Shown: positions 48,090 through 57,989, counted from the first letter of the stretch. The stretch is DNA of 64,000 nucleotides from an uncultured Cytophagia bacterium (GCA_964644845.1 CAZXXS010000097.1:89664-153663); one strand, 5' to 3'. Numbers and translations are program-made. The notes: generated from the letters alone by a model not told the origin.

Positions 48090-51000
48090 CTACCTCGTTA
48101 CCGCGATCTTAATCAGCGCCGTCCCTGTGCCGCGTGGAGAACGCGCTTCCAGCTTTGCGAGGTACACGCCACTGGCTACACCGGAAACATCCCACACGAT
48201 CTCGTTGTCGGTGAAACGCTGACCCTGTGCTTTCAGTTCAGCGACCTTTGTTCCCGAGAGATCGTAGATGCGGACAACAACGTCCGCGTTGTCTGTAAGC
48301 GTAAATCGGATGGTGGCGCGGTTACCGGCCGTTGGATTAGGGTAGCAGTACACCCGGTTCCTGGGCAACAAACCCGTTGTCCCGGGTGGTTGCGTCGGTT
48401 TCGATCCCGGGACTGAACTGAGGGCGCTGTGCGGGGCGTTTCCTTTGAATTGTGTCCACGCTGGCGTTGCCAGTTTCCCTTCGAGCTTCCAGGCGTACAC
48501 GAATCCGTCCTCGCCGGTGGCTACCAGCTCGGCGTGGTTGTCGGCGTCCAGTTCACCTGCAGCAGCGCCGATTTTCAACCGCCCAGCCGTTGCGAACGGG
48601 AAACCAGCCACAGGTTTACCATCTGCGGCCAGGGCCGAAAGACCACCCTCTTGCGTTGGTACGACCACTTCCGCGGCTCCGTCTCCATTTACGTCCACCA
48701 AAATAGGTGAGGCGGGAGCCGTGGTTTGTTTGCCCCTAAGCGAAACGGGCCAACCTTCCAGAAGGACACCGTTGTGTTGCAAAACGACGGCAACCCCCTC
48801 GTCCGTGACGAAAGCAATTTCAAGAGGGCCACTACCGTTCACATTCCCCAGTGCCAGGGGAGCCGAGCACGTGCCGAAGGTTCGCGTGGGGAAGCCGCTC
48901 AGGCGTTCCCCACGGACGGTGAACGCGTCAACCGCACCCGTTTTGCTGAGCACAACGATTTCGGGGCTTCCATCCCCATCCAGGTCGGCAGCGCCCAGCG
49001 AAAACGCGCCGGGCAGGGTCGAAACTTCCCAGCCGATCGAGAAATCCGGACCGACCTCGTACAGGCGGCCAGTCGCATCGAGTGCGACGAACCCGTGCGA
49101 ACCGAGACTGGCGAAGGCGAGGAAATCTGTTCCCGAAAACAGCGACACAGGGTACGTGCGGTTGAAATGGCCCGTGGTTGGATCCCAACCGGAAACCTGG
49201 CCGTTCAGGTGTAGCGCACCGGAGAAAGGGAGAACAACGAACCAGAGGCTGTCGGCCCACCAACCCGCTGGTCCAAGATTTGGCTGCACGGCCTGGCCTT
49301 CTCTACCGATCCGGGCTTCCACACTGAACGAGGGTGAGCCGGACGCGCTTTGTGGCCGAAGCAGTACCACTTGACCCGCGTCGGTTCCCCAGTAGATTTG
49401 GGCTCCGGCGCTGTCGTAGACCACAGCAGGTGTCAGAATCGTACCCGGGTTAGACAGGGTGTAAACAGTGGCGTCGGGGTAAAGCGTTGTGTCGCCGGTG
49501 GCAGACACGTACATTAACTCGGACCGACCCGGCAGGAAGGGTGTTGCGTCGCCGCGCCAGCACAGGAGACGTCCATCTTCGGTCGCAGCCAGAATTTCTT
49601 CAGCACCGTCGCCGTCCAGGTCCGCCAAGACCGGAGGGGTTACCAGGGGCGCTCCGGAATAGGTTGGAAAACCTGGCTGCAGCGTTCCGGTGGCTACGGT
49701 GAAGTGCATCACCGTGTCCTGATCGCTGAAATCGGTGAACCAGATGTGACTGTGGGCACCGGTGTAGCTGTCTGTGTTTGGTTCCGTCCAGGGCGTAAAA
49801 GCCACCTCTTCGGCATCGTTCACCAGTTTGTTGATGTCGTTCCCAGCCCAGAAGGCATCTTCCGGGACCCCGTTTTCGGCTCCCGATCCTGCGGACAGAA
49901 ACCCGTACTGCTGGCCGATGTCTTGTGCCCCGTCGGCTTCCTCCAGATCGACAGCCCTGTGTTCTGGGTCCGTGTTCACCTTGTTGTCGGCCAGTTTGGC
50001 CCGCAGCACGGACTCGTCTACGTGCCAGATGAGAATGCCCGAGCCAGGGAGCCCGTAGTCGTAGTCGTCCAGCTGAACGACGACGCCTTGGAACCCATCC
50101 GGAAGGATCCGAAGCGTGCCATCATTCATCAGACGGATTTCCACACGGTTGCCGTTAGCATCGTGTCCGACCACAATGCCGTCGCCGTTTGGGTCGCGTT
50201 GCCGGTTTTCCACAAGAAAGTACTCGTCGCTGTTAATGGGCACTTTGTAAATCTTGTGCGGTTCGCTCGCCTGCCAGGCGGCTACCGGCAAATGTTGCCC
50301 CTTTCTGACCGTCACAGGTTGGGCCCAGCCGAGAAACACCCGCGACCACGCGCAGGGTTGCGCCGGAACCAAGCCGCCCAGATTGCCTGAACCTTGATCC
50401 ATCAGACCCCACATACCGATCCCGGGGCGTCCGGTTTGGGTGTCGTACAGCGCTGGCAAACCGAGCTGGTGGCCGAACATCAGGCAAGCTGTGCCGAGAA
50501 GGGCGATGTCGTAGCCTTCCTGGTTCTGGGTTTCCGGCAAAATGATGCCGTCGGTAATCGCGTGGTTTCCGTTTTGCACCGGGATCCCCTGCCAGGTGTC
50601 CGGAGCATCAGTGTCGCCGAGGGCCTTGGCCAGCGTTTTTCGGTCCAGATAAACGGACGGGATGTCGTTCGGGGTCGGGTCAAAGTCGAAAGCGAAGTCC
50701 TGGCCTACCCCGGCGTGGAAGACAACTAGGCTCTGGTAGCGTTCAAAATGAACCGAGGTGTCGGCGTCAGCGGCCACGACAGCGTCCCGCAGAAGTTCAC
50801 TTAGCCGCCGGTCCCGAAGGGCCTCGTCCTGGTCTGCTTCGGGAGGATTGTAGTAGAACATCGGGTTGGGAAGTCTGTACGCTGCGTTGGCATCGAGGGG
50901 GTAAACGTCGCCAAGGATGACCAGTTTGCCGCCGGAAACAGCGCGGTAGTAGTTCCCCAGTGCTTTAAGCTGGGCTTCGAAGTAGGCTCTGTCGTGTGGG

Positions 51001-51332
51001 GGTGGATCGAGCTTTGCGTCGCTACTCGTGGACAGGTCGAAACTACCGTCACCAGTGGTTGTGCTGCGGTCGTCTGGCTGAAACTCGACCCGAATCGCCA
51101 GCACGCGCACTGTGTCACTTTGTTCCGAAAAGCCGGCAGCCCTTCTGTCGAGGGACTTTCCCGCTTCTGCTTTGGCCAGTGCTAAGTGCGAGGTTCGCAG
51201 AAGCAAGCTGCCAACTCCGCTACGAACGTAGGCGGGTTTGGGGATGGACTTTGTGCCGGAGGATGCCGGTAACGTGAACAGCAACAGGAAAAACAAACTC
51301 GTGAGAGCAAACGTCTTGAGCAGCCTGAACAT
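48090..51332 (-). CDS. T9SS-secreted M6 (immune inhibitor A)-like metalloprotease homolog with degenerate zinc site, FG-GAP repeats and C-terminal sorting domain
   Basis: Start moved to ATG 51332 (signal peptide MFRLLKTFALTSLFFLLLFTLPASS). M6-like core LMFGHQLGLPALYDTQTGRPGIGMWGLMDQG aligns to the HEFGHxLGLPDEYD block, but the first His and Glu are Leu-Met. Three or more FG-GAP/VCBS-like repeats (ADLDGDGAEEIL, ADLDGDGSPEIV, VDVNGDGAAEVV). CTD VYCYPNPTAGNRATIRF...IYDLSGTKV...GVYLAKL. Confidence 0.6.
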   Translation of the reverse strand: MFRLLKTFALTSLFFLLLFTLPASSGTKSIPKPAYVRSGVGSLLLRTSHLALAKAEAGKSLDRRAAGFSEQSDTVRVLAIRVEFQPDDRSTTTGDGSFDLSTSSDAKLDPPPHDRAYFEAQLKALGNYYRAVSGGKLVILGDVYPLDANAAYRLPNPMFYYNPPEADQDEALRDRRLSELLRDAVVAADADTSVHFERYQSLVVFHAGVGQDFAFDFDPTPNDIPSVYLDRKTLAKALGDTDAPDTWQGIPVQNGNHAITDGIILPETQNQEGYDIALLGTACLMFGHQLGLPALYDTQTGRPGIGMWGLMDQGSGNLGGLVPAQPCAWSRVFLGWAQPVTVRKGQHLPVAAWQASEPHKIYKVPINSDEYFLVENRQRDPNGDGIVVGHDANGNRVEIRLMNDGTLRILPDGFQGVVVQLDDYDYGLPGSGILIWHVDESVLRAKLADNKVNTDPEHRAVDLEEADGAQDIGQQYGFLSAGSGAENGVPEDAFWAGNDINKLVNDAEEVAFTPWTEPNTDSYTGAHSHIWFTDFSDQDTVMHFTVATGTLQPGFPTYSGAPLVTPPVLADLDGDGAEEILAATEDGRLLCWRGDATPFLPGRSELMYVSATGDTTLYPDATVYTLSNPGTILTPAVVYDSAGAQIYWGTDAGQVVLLRPQSASGSPSFSVEARIGREGQAVQPNLGPAGWWADSLWFVVLPFSGALHLNGQVSGWDPTTGHFNRTYPVSLFSGTDFLAFASLGSHGFVALDATGRLYEVGPDFSIGWEVSTLPGAFSLGAADLDGDGSPEIVVLSKTGAVDAFTVRGERLSGFPTRTFGTCSAPLALGNVNGSGPLEIAFVTDEGVAVVLQHNGVLLEGWPVSLRGKQTTAPASPILVDVNGDGAAEVVVPTQEGGLSALAADGKPVAGFPFATAGRLKIGAAAGELDADNHAELVATGEDGFVYAWKLEGKLATPAWTQFKGNAPHSALSSVPGSKPTQPPGTTGLLPRNRVYCYPNPTAGNRATIRFTLTDNADVVVRIYDLSGTKVAELKAQGQRFTDNEIVWDVSGVASGVYLAKLEARSPRGTGTALIKIAVTR

Positions 51333-51510
51333 GACTTTCACTGTCTCCCGTGGTAACGTCGGGCACGAAAAAAGGCAAGGGATGCGAGTGCAACCCGCCA
51401 GCCCTTGCCTTCGTTCTTGCACTTTTCGGTTCACGTCGGGCTGCACGGCCAAAAGTCGCTGCAGTTTGCCAGCGCGTCCGCAGCAGCCAACTCAGCGTTG
51501 TTCACTTGAA

Positions 51511-52563
51511 TTAGAAGCCCAGGGTGAGGGAGAACCGCATCGTATCAGACAACGGATGTCCCTCTTTCGCGGAAACGTACGCGAAATCGAAGCGGTACTT
51601 GTGGTACTGAATTCCTGCTCCAAAAGTGGCGTACTTCACCTTGCCTTCCTCGTCGTAGTAGTAACCCGCTCGCAAGGCGAAAAGATCGGCATACCAGTAC
51701 TCGAAGCCGCCGCTGTAGATCATCGTTTTGAATTCGTCACCGATTGGTTGATCTGTCCAGGAAGTGAAAATCGCTTTGTAAAACGGATCCGAGGTGCCGT
51801 CTGCGTAGCGCCGCACAAGCAGTTTGTTGACGTCGAGAGCAAAAGTGAGTTTGTTGTAAGGCGAATTGATGGCCTTGTAGGCAACACCGGCTTTCAGGTT
51901 CGTGGGAAGAGGATCCGCTTGAGCTGCGTCGATGTACGTGATCTTGGGGCCCATGTTGGAGAGGTTTGCCCCAAAGCTGAGCCCTTTCAGCCAGGGGGCT
52001 TTGTACAGCACCGCCAGATCAACCGCAAAAGCGTTGGCTTTGCCGGATCCCTTTTCTGCACCTGCACCTACTGTGGACAGATTGCTCCGAATGTAGCGCA
52101 GACCAACGCCGACCGCTGTGTTTCGCCCCACCAGAGTCCCGTACGTCAGGGAAACGGCGAAATCGAAACTGGTGAACTCGCCCAGCACTTCGGGGCTGTC
52201 TTCACCGGTGATGTACTGCTTCCCCAGGTTCAGGTAGGTGACGTTCAAGCCAACCGTACCGAGCCCCTCAACCGATTGCCGGTAAGCTGCAAAATCGTAG
52301 AACATGTCGTTTGTCAACTGAGGAAGCCAGTTGGCGTGCATCAACGTCAGTTCCCGACCTGTCTGAAAAGCCAGTCCGGCTGGGTTCCAGTACACGGCGG
52401 TAGCGTCGTCGGCAATGGCCGCAAACGCTTCGCCCATGCCCGACGGCCGTGCCCCGGGGCTGATGAGCAGGAAAAGGACGGCGGCTTCGCTCACGGCGAA
52501 GGCGTTCACAGCGAAGGCTCCAACCGTCAGGACGGTGACCAGTGCGGCAACTGCTTTCTTCAT
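51511..52563 (-). CDS. porV: PorV/PorQ-family type IX secretion outer-membrane beta-barrel protein
   Basis: Start moved to ATG 52563 (strong SD aaggaggt; signal peptide MKKAVAALVTVLTVGAFAVNAFA). Family signature LLISPGARPSGMGEAFAAIADDATAVYWNPAGLA. Beta-barrel-like alternating pattern. Ends in aromatic F. Confidence 0.6.
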   Translation of the reverse strand: MKKAVAALVTVLTVGAFAVNAFAVSEAAVLFLLISPGARPSGMGEAFAAIADDATAVYWNPAGLAFQTGRELTLMHANWLPQLTNDMFYDFAAYRQSVEGLGTVGLNVTYLNLGKQYITGEDSPEVLGEFTSFDFAVSLTYGTLVGRNTAVGVGLRYIRSNLSTVGAGAEKGSGKANAFAVDLAVLYKAPWLKGLSFGANLSNMGPKITYIDAAQADPLPTNLKAGVAYKAINSPYNKLTFALDVNKLLVRRYADGTSDPFYKAIFTSWTDQPIGDEFKTMIYSGGFEYWYADLFALRAGYYYDEEGKVKYATFGAGIQYHKYRFDFAYVSAKEGHPLSDTMRFSLTLGF

Positions 52564-52991
52564 TTTGACGACCTCCTTATTCCACTCCTTTTGCGGGGCC
52601 CAGTCGCTCCCCAAAACAAAAAAACCGAATGACTCAGGTTTCCCTCCCGTCGGACGGAATCACCTTAAGACATTCGGTCCACTCATCCAGAAGGACGCAG
52701 TCCGCCTCCAGGTGACTGGAAATACCATGACCCACCGAAACCGGGTACAGATTTGCTTGTGTGTCACTTCAGGGTAATGGTACTTCCGAAGGAAACCGTT
52801 AGCGAACTTTCGATGAATCGCCCTCCTGGTTTAGGTCACTGCCTTCTGCGAAACGCGCGGCCAATTTAGCAAAGCGCTCTGAATTTGTCAAGTCTTTTCA
52901 GGGACTTCCACTTTGATTATCGGCCGACCGCTTGCGCTCTTTAAACATTTGCGGCGCGGGTCGGTTCCCGGGTTTTCTCACACCGTAGCGT

Positions 52992-53023
52992 GTGTACACG
53001 CACTCAAGTGAGTGCGAGCACAC
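52992..53023. promoter_or_regulatory. 32-bp imperfect inverted repeat (gtgtacacgcactca-ag-tgagtgcgagcacac) in the 1.2-kb porV/pepF divergent intergenic region
   Basis: 13 of 15 arm positions complementary. Embedded self-palindrome gtgtacac. Flanked by a further cacac...gtgtg pair. Confidence 0.35.
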
Positions 53024-53780
53024 CGACTGCCACCACCGCGGGGCGTCCACAACCTGTAAGACGACCCTTGCAAACCTCGCGGTGTTCCCCTGAGCTGGAC
53101 GGGCTTTTCACTCGTTGACGGCCCGAGAGCTTTGAGCGGTACCAAAGCCGTAGACTCGCTCGAGCAAAAAGCGCGGTGTGACGCCGCGACTGCGTCCGTG
53201 AACTGAATTCTCGAACAGCGCAGGAACACACCCGTTAAAGCGGGCGAAGCTTTTCAGGTAGCCGACGGCGCTCTGACGCGACAAGGCGGATCGAAGAGTG
53301 GAGACCGGCGCTGAGGCAGAGGTGCTGAACTCTTTACTCGCTGTTCTGTTGTCGCAGCCAGTGGGTTACGGCCGGGGAGAGGCTGTTCCCGGGAGAAGCC
53401 GACCTTGTTTTTGCTCACCACCTTTTGTACTTTCGGATGCGTCAGCTTCGGGGAGGGGCAGTGCAGGACCCCGCGGTGGCGTGCGGAAGGTCGTTTCGGG
53501 GCCGTGGGGACGTCCGGGGCGAGGTGGGCTCCCACATTCGATTTGGTCTTCTGAACCTCCGCCGGGGGGACGCGAGGGCAGGGGGGCGGCATTCGGGCAC
53601 AGGCGACTGGAAAGCCGCACGCGAACCGGCCCTCGAGACGGCGTTCGCGGGGGCGGAAGACTGGCGAACACGGACAGCTGGATTCGTAGGGACGGGGGGC
53701 AACAGGCGAGAGAAGAAACCCCGCAATTTCGAGCGGATTTAGCACACAGTAATTTTGACAGGACAACGGGACAACCCAAA

Positions 53781-55640
53781 ATGCACGACTTGGCACCATG
53801 GAGACTGCTGCTTGCGGATCGAGAAACGACGTCGACCAGGCTGAACGAGCTGCCAGCACGTGAGCAAATCGATCCCAAATACAGGTGGCGGCTTGAAGAC
53901 ATTTACCCTTCTGATGATGATTGGGAGACCGACTACCGGCGCGTTGAACAAGGCCTGGAAGCCATCGGCGAGTTCAAGGGGCGGACAGGGGAATCGGCCG
54001 AGGCCCTTCTGAAGGTGCTGAAGCTGCGCGACGAACTCGAAGAGCGTTTTGAACGGGTGTTTGTCTACGCGGCCATGCGTAGTGACGAAGACACGACGAA
54101 CGAGCACTACCAGGCTTTGCGAGACCGCGCCGCCAGTCTCGCAGCACGTGTCCAGGAGGCAACCGCCTTCGTGAGCACTGAGATCCTGGACATTCCGGAG
54201 GAAAAACTCTGGCAGTGGGTGGAAGAAAACGAGGACCTGCGGGTTTACCGGCACTTTCTGGAGGATTTGCTCCGCACGCGGGAGCACGTTTTGCCCCGCG
54301 AGCAGGAAGAACTGCTTGCCCGCACGTCGGAAGTGGCACGGGCCCCGCACGACATTTTTAACATGTTCAACAATGCAGACATCCGTTTCTCCAAGATCCT
54401 CGACGAGCGGGGGAATGAGATCGAGGTTACAAAAGGCCGTTACGCACTGCTTCAAGAATCGCCGGACCGCCGTGTGCGCCGCGACGCTTTTCGAGCGCTT
54501 TACGGCGAGTACAGCAAATGGCCGAACACGCTGGCTTCAATGCTGAACGGCAGCGTCAAGAAGGATGTGTTCTACGCGCGGACTCGACGGTACCCGTCGG
54601 CGCTGCGGATGGCTCTTGATGCCGACAACGTGCCGGACGAAGTCTACAGCAACTTGATTGACGCTGTTCACGCCGGGCTGGAACCGTTGCACCGGGCGAT
54701 TTCTTTGCGAAAAAGCGCGTTGAAGGTTGAGGCGGTTCACCCCTACGATCTGTACGTTCCCCTCGTGCCCAGCTTGAAGTGGGAAGTGCCGTACGAAGAA
54801 GCCCGTGAGTTGGTGCTGGGTGCGTTGAGTATCTTAGGTGAAGAATACGGCGAACAGCTCAAACGCGCTTTTCGGGAAGGTTGGATCGACGTGTTTGAAA
54901 ATCGCGGAAAGCGCACCGGTGCTTACTCCTGGGGAGCTTACGGTGTGCATCCCTACATCCTGCTGAACTACAACGGGCGCCTGGACGATGTGTTCACGCT
55001 GGCCCACGAATTGGGACACGCCATGCATTCCCATTTCACCTGGAGCACTCAGCCTTACATCTACGGTGATTACAGCATCTTCGTCGCTGAGGTCGCCTCG
55101 ACGGTCAACGAGGCGCTGTTGACCCACTACTTGCTTGGGCGCACGGAAGAGCCCCAGAGGCGGCTGTACCTGCTGAACCACTGGGTGGATCAGATTCGGG
55201 GCACGGTGTACACCCAGGTGCTTTTCGCCGAGTTCGAAAAAGCCACACACGAGATGGTAGAACGTGGGCAACCGCTTACCGCGAATGTGCTGAACAAACT
55301 TGCCAGTAATTTGTACCGCACTTACCTCGGTCCCGATTTCACGCTCGACTCTCCCTACGAAATCAACTGGGCACGAATCCCGCATTTTTACACCGCTTTC
55401 TACGTTTACAAGTACGCCACCGGCTACTCGGCCGCAACGGCCATTTCCCAGAAAATTCTGTCAGGAGAGGCGGGCGCAGTGGAGCGTTACCTGGATTTCC
55501 TGCGTAGCGGCAGTTCGGATTACCCGCTTAACCTGCTGCGCAAAGCTGGGGTCGACATGCGGTCGCCTGAACCCGTACGAAGCGTGACTGGACTGTTGGC
55601 CCGACTGGTTTCGGAAATGGAAGGGCTGATCGGAAGCTGA
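53781..55640 (+). CDS. pepF: Oligoendopeptidase F (M3B family)
   Basis: Start set at ATG 53781 (619 aa). The ORF-track extension upstream is low-complexity. HExxH in LAHELGHAMHS. M3B-typical length and C-terminal region. Confidence 0.85.
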   Translation: MHDLAPWRLLLADRETTSTRLNELPAREQIDPKYRWRLEDIYPSDDDWETDYRRVEQGLEAIGEFKGRTGESAEALLKVLKLRDELEERFERVFVYAAMRSDEDTTNEHYQALRDRAASLAARVQEATAFVSTEILDIPEEKLWQWVEENEDLRVYRHFLEDLLRTREHVLPREQEELLARTSEVARAPHDIFNMFNNADIRFSKILDERGNEIEVTKGRYALLQESPDRRVRRDAFRALYGEYSKWPNTLASMLNGSVKKDVFYARTRRYPSALRMALDADNVPDEVYSNLIDAVHAGLEPLHRAISLRKSALKVEAVHPYDLYVPLVPSLKWEVPYEEARELVLGALSILGEEYGEQLKRAFREGWIDVFENRGKRTGAYSWGAYGVHPYILLNYNGRLDDVFTLAHELGHAMHSHFTWSTQPYIYGDYSIFVAEVASTVNEALLTHYLLGRTEEPQRRLYLLNHWVDQIRGTVYTQVLFAEFEKATHEMVERGQPLTANVLNKLASNLYRTYLGPDFTLDSPYEINWARIPHFYTAFYVYKYATGYSAATAISQKILSGEAGAVERYLDFLRSGSSDYPLNLLRKAGVDMRSPEPVRSVTGLLARLVSEMEGLIGS

Positions 55641-55787
55641 CGGCCCGCTTCACGTCACCCGACGTGGACTTGGGTTCTGCGGTAACGGTCTTGATTGAAT
55701 AGCGGTACGGTTCGGGTAAAAGAGGAGCCAAACCGCAAGTCCGTTCACGAGGAAAGCTCAGACCCCCGTCTGCCACGGATTGTTGCC

Positions 55788-57989
55788 ATGAAACCGATCT
55801 ACCTGGACTACAACGCCACGACGCCCATTGATCCGCGCGTGGCCGACGCGATGCTGCCTTTCTTGCGCGAACACTTTGGCAATCCTTCCAGTTCGCACTG
55901 GTACGGTGTTCAGACGAAGAAGGCGGTGGAAAAAGCGCGGCGGCAACTTGCAGAACTTTTGGGGTGTGCCACTGACGAAATCGTTTTCACCTCTGGGGGG
56001 TCGGAGTCGAACAACACGGCGATCAAAGGTGTTGCGTGGGCTCGACGCAACCAGGGACGGCACATCATCACAACGGCAATTGAGCATCCCGCTGTCCTGG
56101 AGGTGTGCCGCTACCTCGAAAAACGAGGTTACCGGCTTACAGTTTTGCCCGTGGACGACACCGGACTGGTGGACCTCGATGCTTTGAAGGAGGTCATCGA
56201 TCGCGAAACCATCCTGGTGTCGGTGATGCATGCCAACAACGAAGTGGGCACGGTTCAACCCATTCGAGAAATCGCGGAAATCGTGCACGCCTACGGTGCC
56301 TTGCTGCACGTGGACGCAGCCCAGTCTGTGGGGAAGATCCGCGTGCGGGTGGACGAGCTCGGTGTGGATTTGCTCTCCGTGGCGGGACACAAGTTCTACG
56401 CCCCAAAGGGGGTGGGTGCGTTGTTCCTCCGCCGGGGTGTTGAGCTTGAGAAACTCATTCACGGTGCAAGTCACGAAATGAACCGCAGGGCTGGCACGGA
56501 GAACGTGCTCGAAATTGTCGGCCTCGGGAAGGCAGCCGAGCTTGTTGCGGAGGAACTGGAAAGTGAAGCGCCGCGACTGAAGCGCCTGCGTGACAGGCTG
56601 TGGCAAAGTTTGAGAGCCGAACTGGACGACATTCGCCTTAATGGCCACCCACAGGACCGTTTACCCAACACTTTGAGCATCAGTTTCCGGGGACTCGAAG
56701 CCAACACGATTTTGTCGGAACTGGAGACGGTAGCGGCCTCGGCAGGGGCGGCTTGCCACGCCGAGGAGGTGAGCGTTTCCCACGTTCTGGAGGCGATGCG
56801 GGTTCCAATTGAGTACGCGATGGGCACAATTCGCTTTTCCGTTGGGCGGATGACCACGGAAGACGAAGTGGATCGTGCTGCGCAGGCTGTGGTGGAGACA
56901 GTGAAGAGGTTGCAGCCCCGCGAAAATCGCGTTTTCGTGGCCGTGGGCGCACCGGACGTGAAACTGACGCATTTCACGCACGGTCTCGGTTGCGCCTGCA
57001 AGTTACGGCCCCAGGTGCTGGAAGAGGTGCTGGCGCGGATGCCCACGACCACCGATCCACGGGTCCTGGTCGGTGTCGAAACAGCGGATGACGCAGCGGT
57101 GTACAAGCTTGACGAGCACACCGCACTGGTTCAGACGGTGGATTTCTTCACGCCAGTGGTGGACGATCCCTACCAGTTCGGAGCCATTGCGGCCGCAAAC
57201 TCCTTGAGCGATATTTACGCCATGGGTGGCAGACCTTTGTTCGCACTCAACGTTGTGGGGTTTCCTTCAAATCGTTTGCCCACGGCAGTACTCGAGAGGA
57301 TTCTCGAAGGAGCCCGCGAGAAGGCTGCTGAAGCGGGTGTAGCCATCATCGGTGGGCACACAGTGGACGACTCTGAACCGAAGTTTGGTCTGGCGGTGAC
57401 CGGGGTTGTGGCCCCTGACCGCATCCTAACGAACCGTGGGGCCCGGGTGGGCGACGCGTTGGTGCTCACGAAGAAAATTGGTACGGGCATTCTGGCCACA
57501 GCGCTGAAGCGAGGCATGCTCGAACCCCAGCTGGTCGAGGTGCTTGTGGTGACGATGGCTACTTTGAACCGCGCTGCGGCGGATGTGGCACGAAGCTTTG
57601 AAATCCACGCGTGTACGGATGTGACCGGGTTTGGCTTGCTTGGTCATTTGCTCGAGATGACACGGGCATCCGGAGTGAATGCGAAAGTGACGGCTGTCAG
57701 CGTTCCCCTGTTGCCTGGGGTACAGCAGCTGGCGGCGGCGGGCGTTGTTCCCGGAGGCTCCAAGGCCAATCGTGAGTACGTTGCGCCGTGGGTACAGTTC
57801 GGCACCGGCGTGGGAGAGGTGCTGGAAACGCTCCTCTGCGATGCCCAGACGTCCGGTGGACTTCTCTTCGCTTTGCCGAAAGATCAGGCTGAGGATTTTG
57901 TCAAGGCGTTGCAGTCTGAAGGTGTGGCGGGTGCCGCCCGAATTGGGGAAGTGGTGGCAGAGGGACCGGGCAGGCTGCACGTGGTTTGA
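55788..57989 (+). CDS. selD: Fusion protein: NifS/IscS-like cysteine desulfurase (selenocysteine-lyase-like, PLP class V) fused to selenophosphate synthetase SelD (Cys-type)
   Basis: N-terminal 400 aa: KPIYLDYNATTP, SGGSESNN, PLP-Lys motif SVAGHKF, active-site loop SAGAACHA. Continuous in-frame C-terminal 330 aa: SelD N-terminal motif THGLGCACKLRP (Cys at the Sec/Cys position) and AIR-synthase-like core DAAVYKLDEHTALVQTVDFFTPVVDDPYQFGAIAAANSLSDIYAMGGRPL. Start chosen at ATG 55788 by analogy to IscS N termini. Confidence 0.8.
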   Translation: MKPIYLDYNATTPIDPRVADAMLPFLREHFGNPSSSHWYGVQTKKAVEKARRQLAELLGCATDEIVFTSGGSESNNTAIKGVAWARRNQGRHIITTAIEHPAVLEVCRYLEKRGYRLTVLPVDDTGLVDLDALKEVIDRETILVSVMHANNEVGTVQPIREIAEIVHAYGALLHVDAAQSVGKIRVRVDELGVDLLSVAGHKFYAPKGVGALFLRRGVELEKLIHGASHEMNRRAGTENVLEIVGLGKAAELVAEELESEAPRLKRLRDRLWQSLRAELDDIRLNGHPQDRLPNTLSISFRGLEANTILSELETVAASAGAACHAEEVSVSHVLEAMRVPIEYAMGTIRFSVGRMTTEDEVDRAAQAVVETVKRLQPRENRVFVAVGAPDVKLTHFTHGLGCACKLRPQVLEEVLARMPTTTDPRVLVGVETADDAAVYKLDEHTALVQTVDFFTPVVDDPYQFGAIAAANSLSDIYAMGGRPLFALNVVGFPSNRLPTAVLERILEGAREKAAEAGVAIIGGHTVDDSEPKFGLAVTGVVAPDRILTNRGARVGDALVLTKKIGTGILATALKRGMLEPQLVEVLVVTMATLNRAAADVARSFEIHACTDVTGFGLLGHLLEMTRASGVNAKVTAVSVPLLPGVQQLAAAGVVPGGSKANREYVAPWVQFGTGVGEVLETLLCDAQTSGGLLFALPKDQAEDFVKALQSEGVAGAARIGEVVAEGPGRLHVV

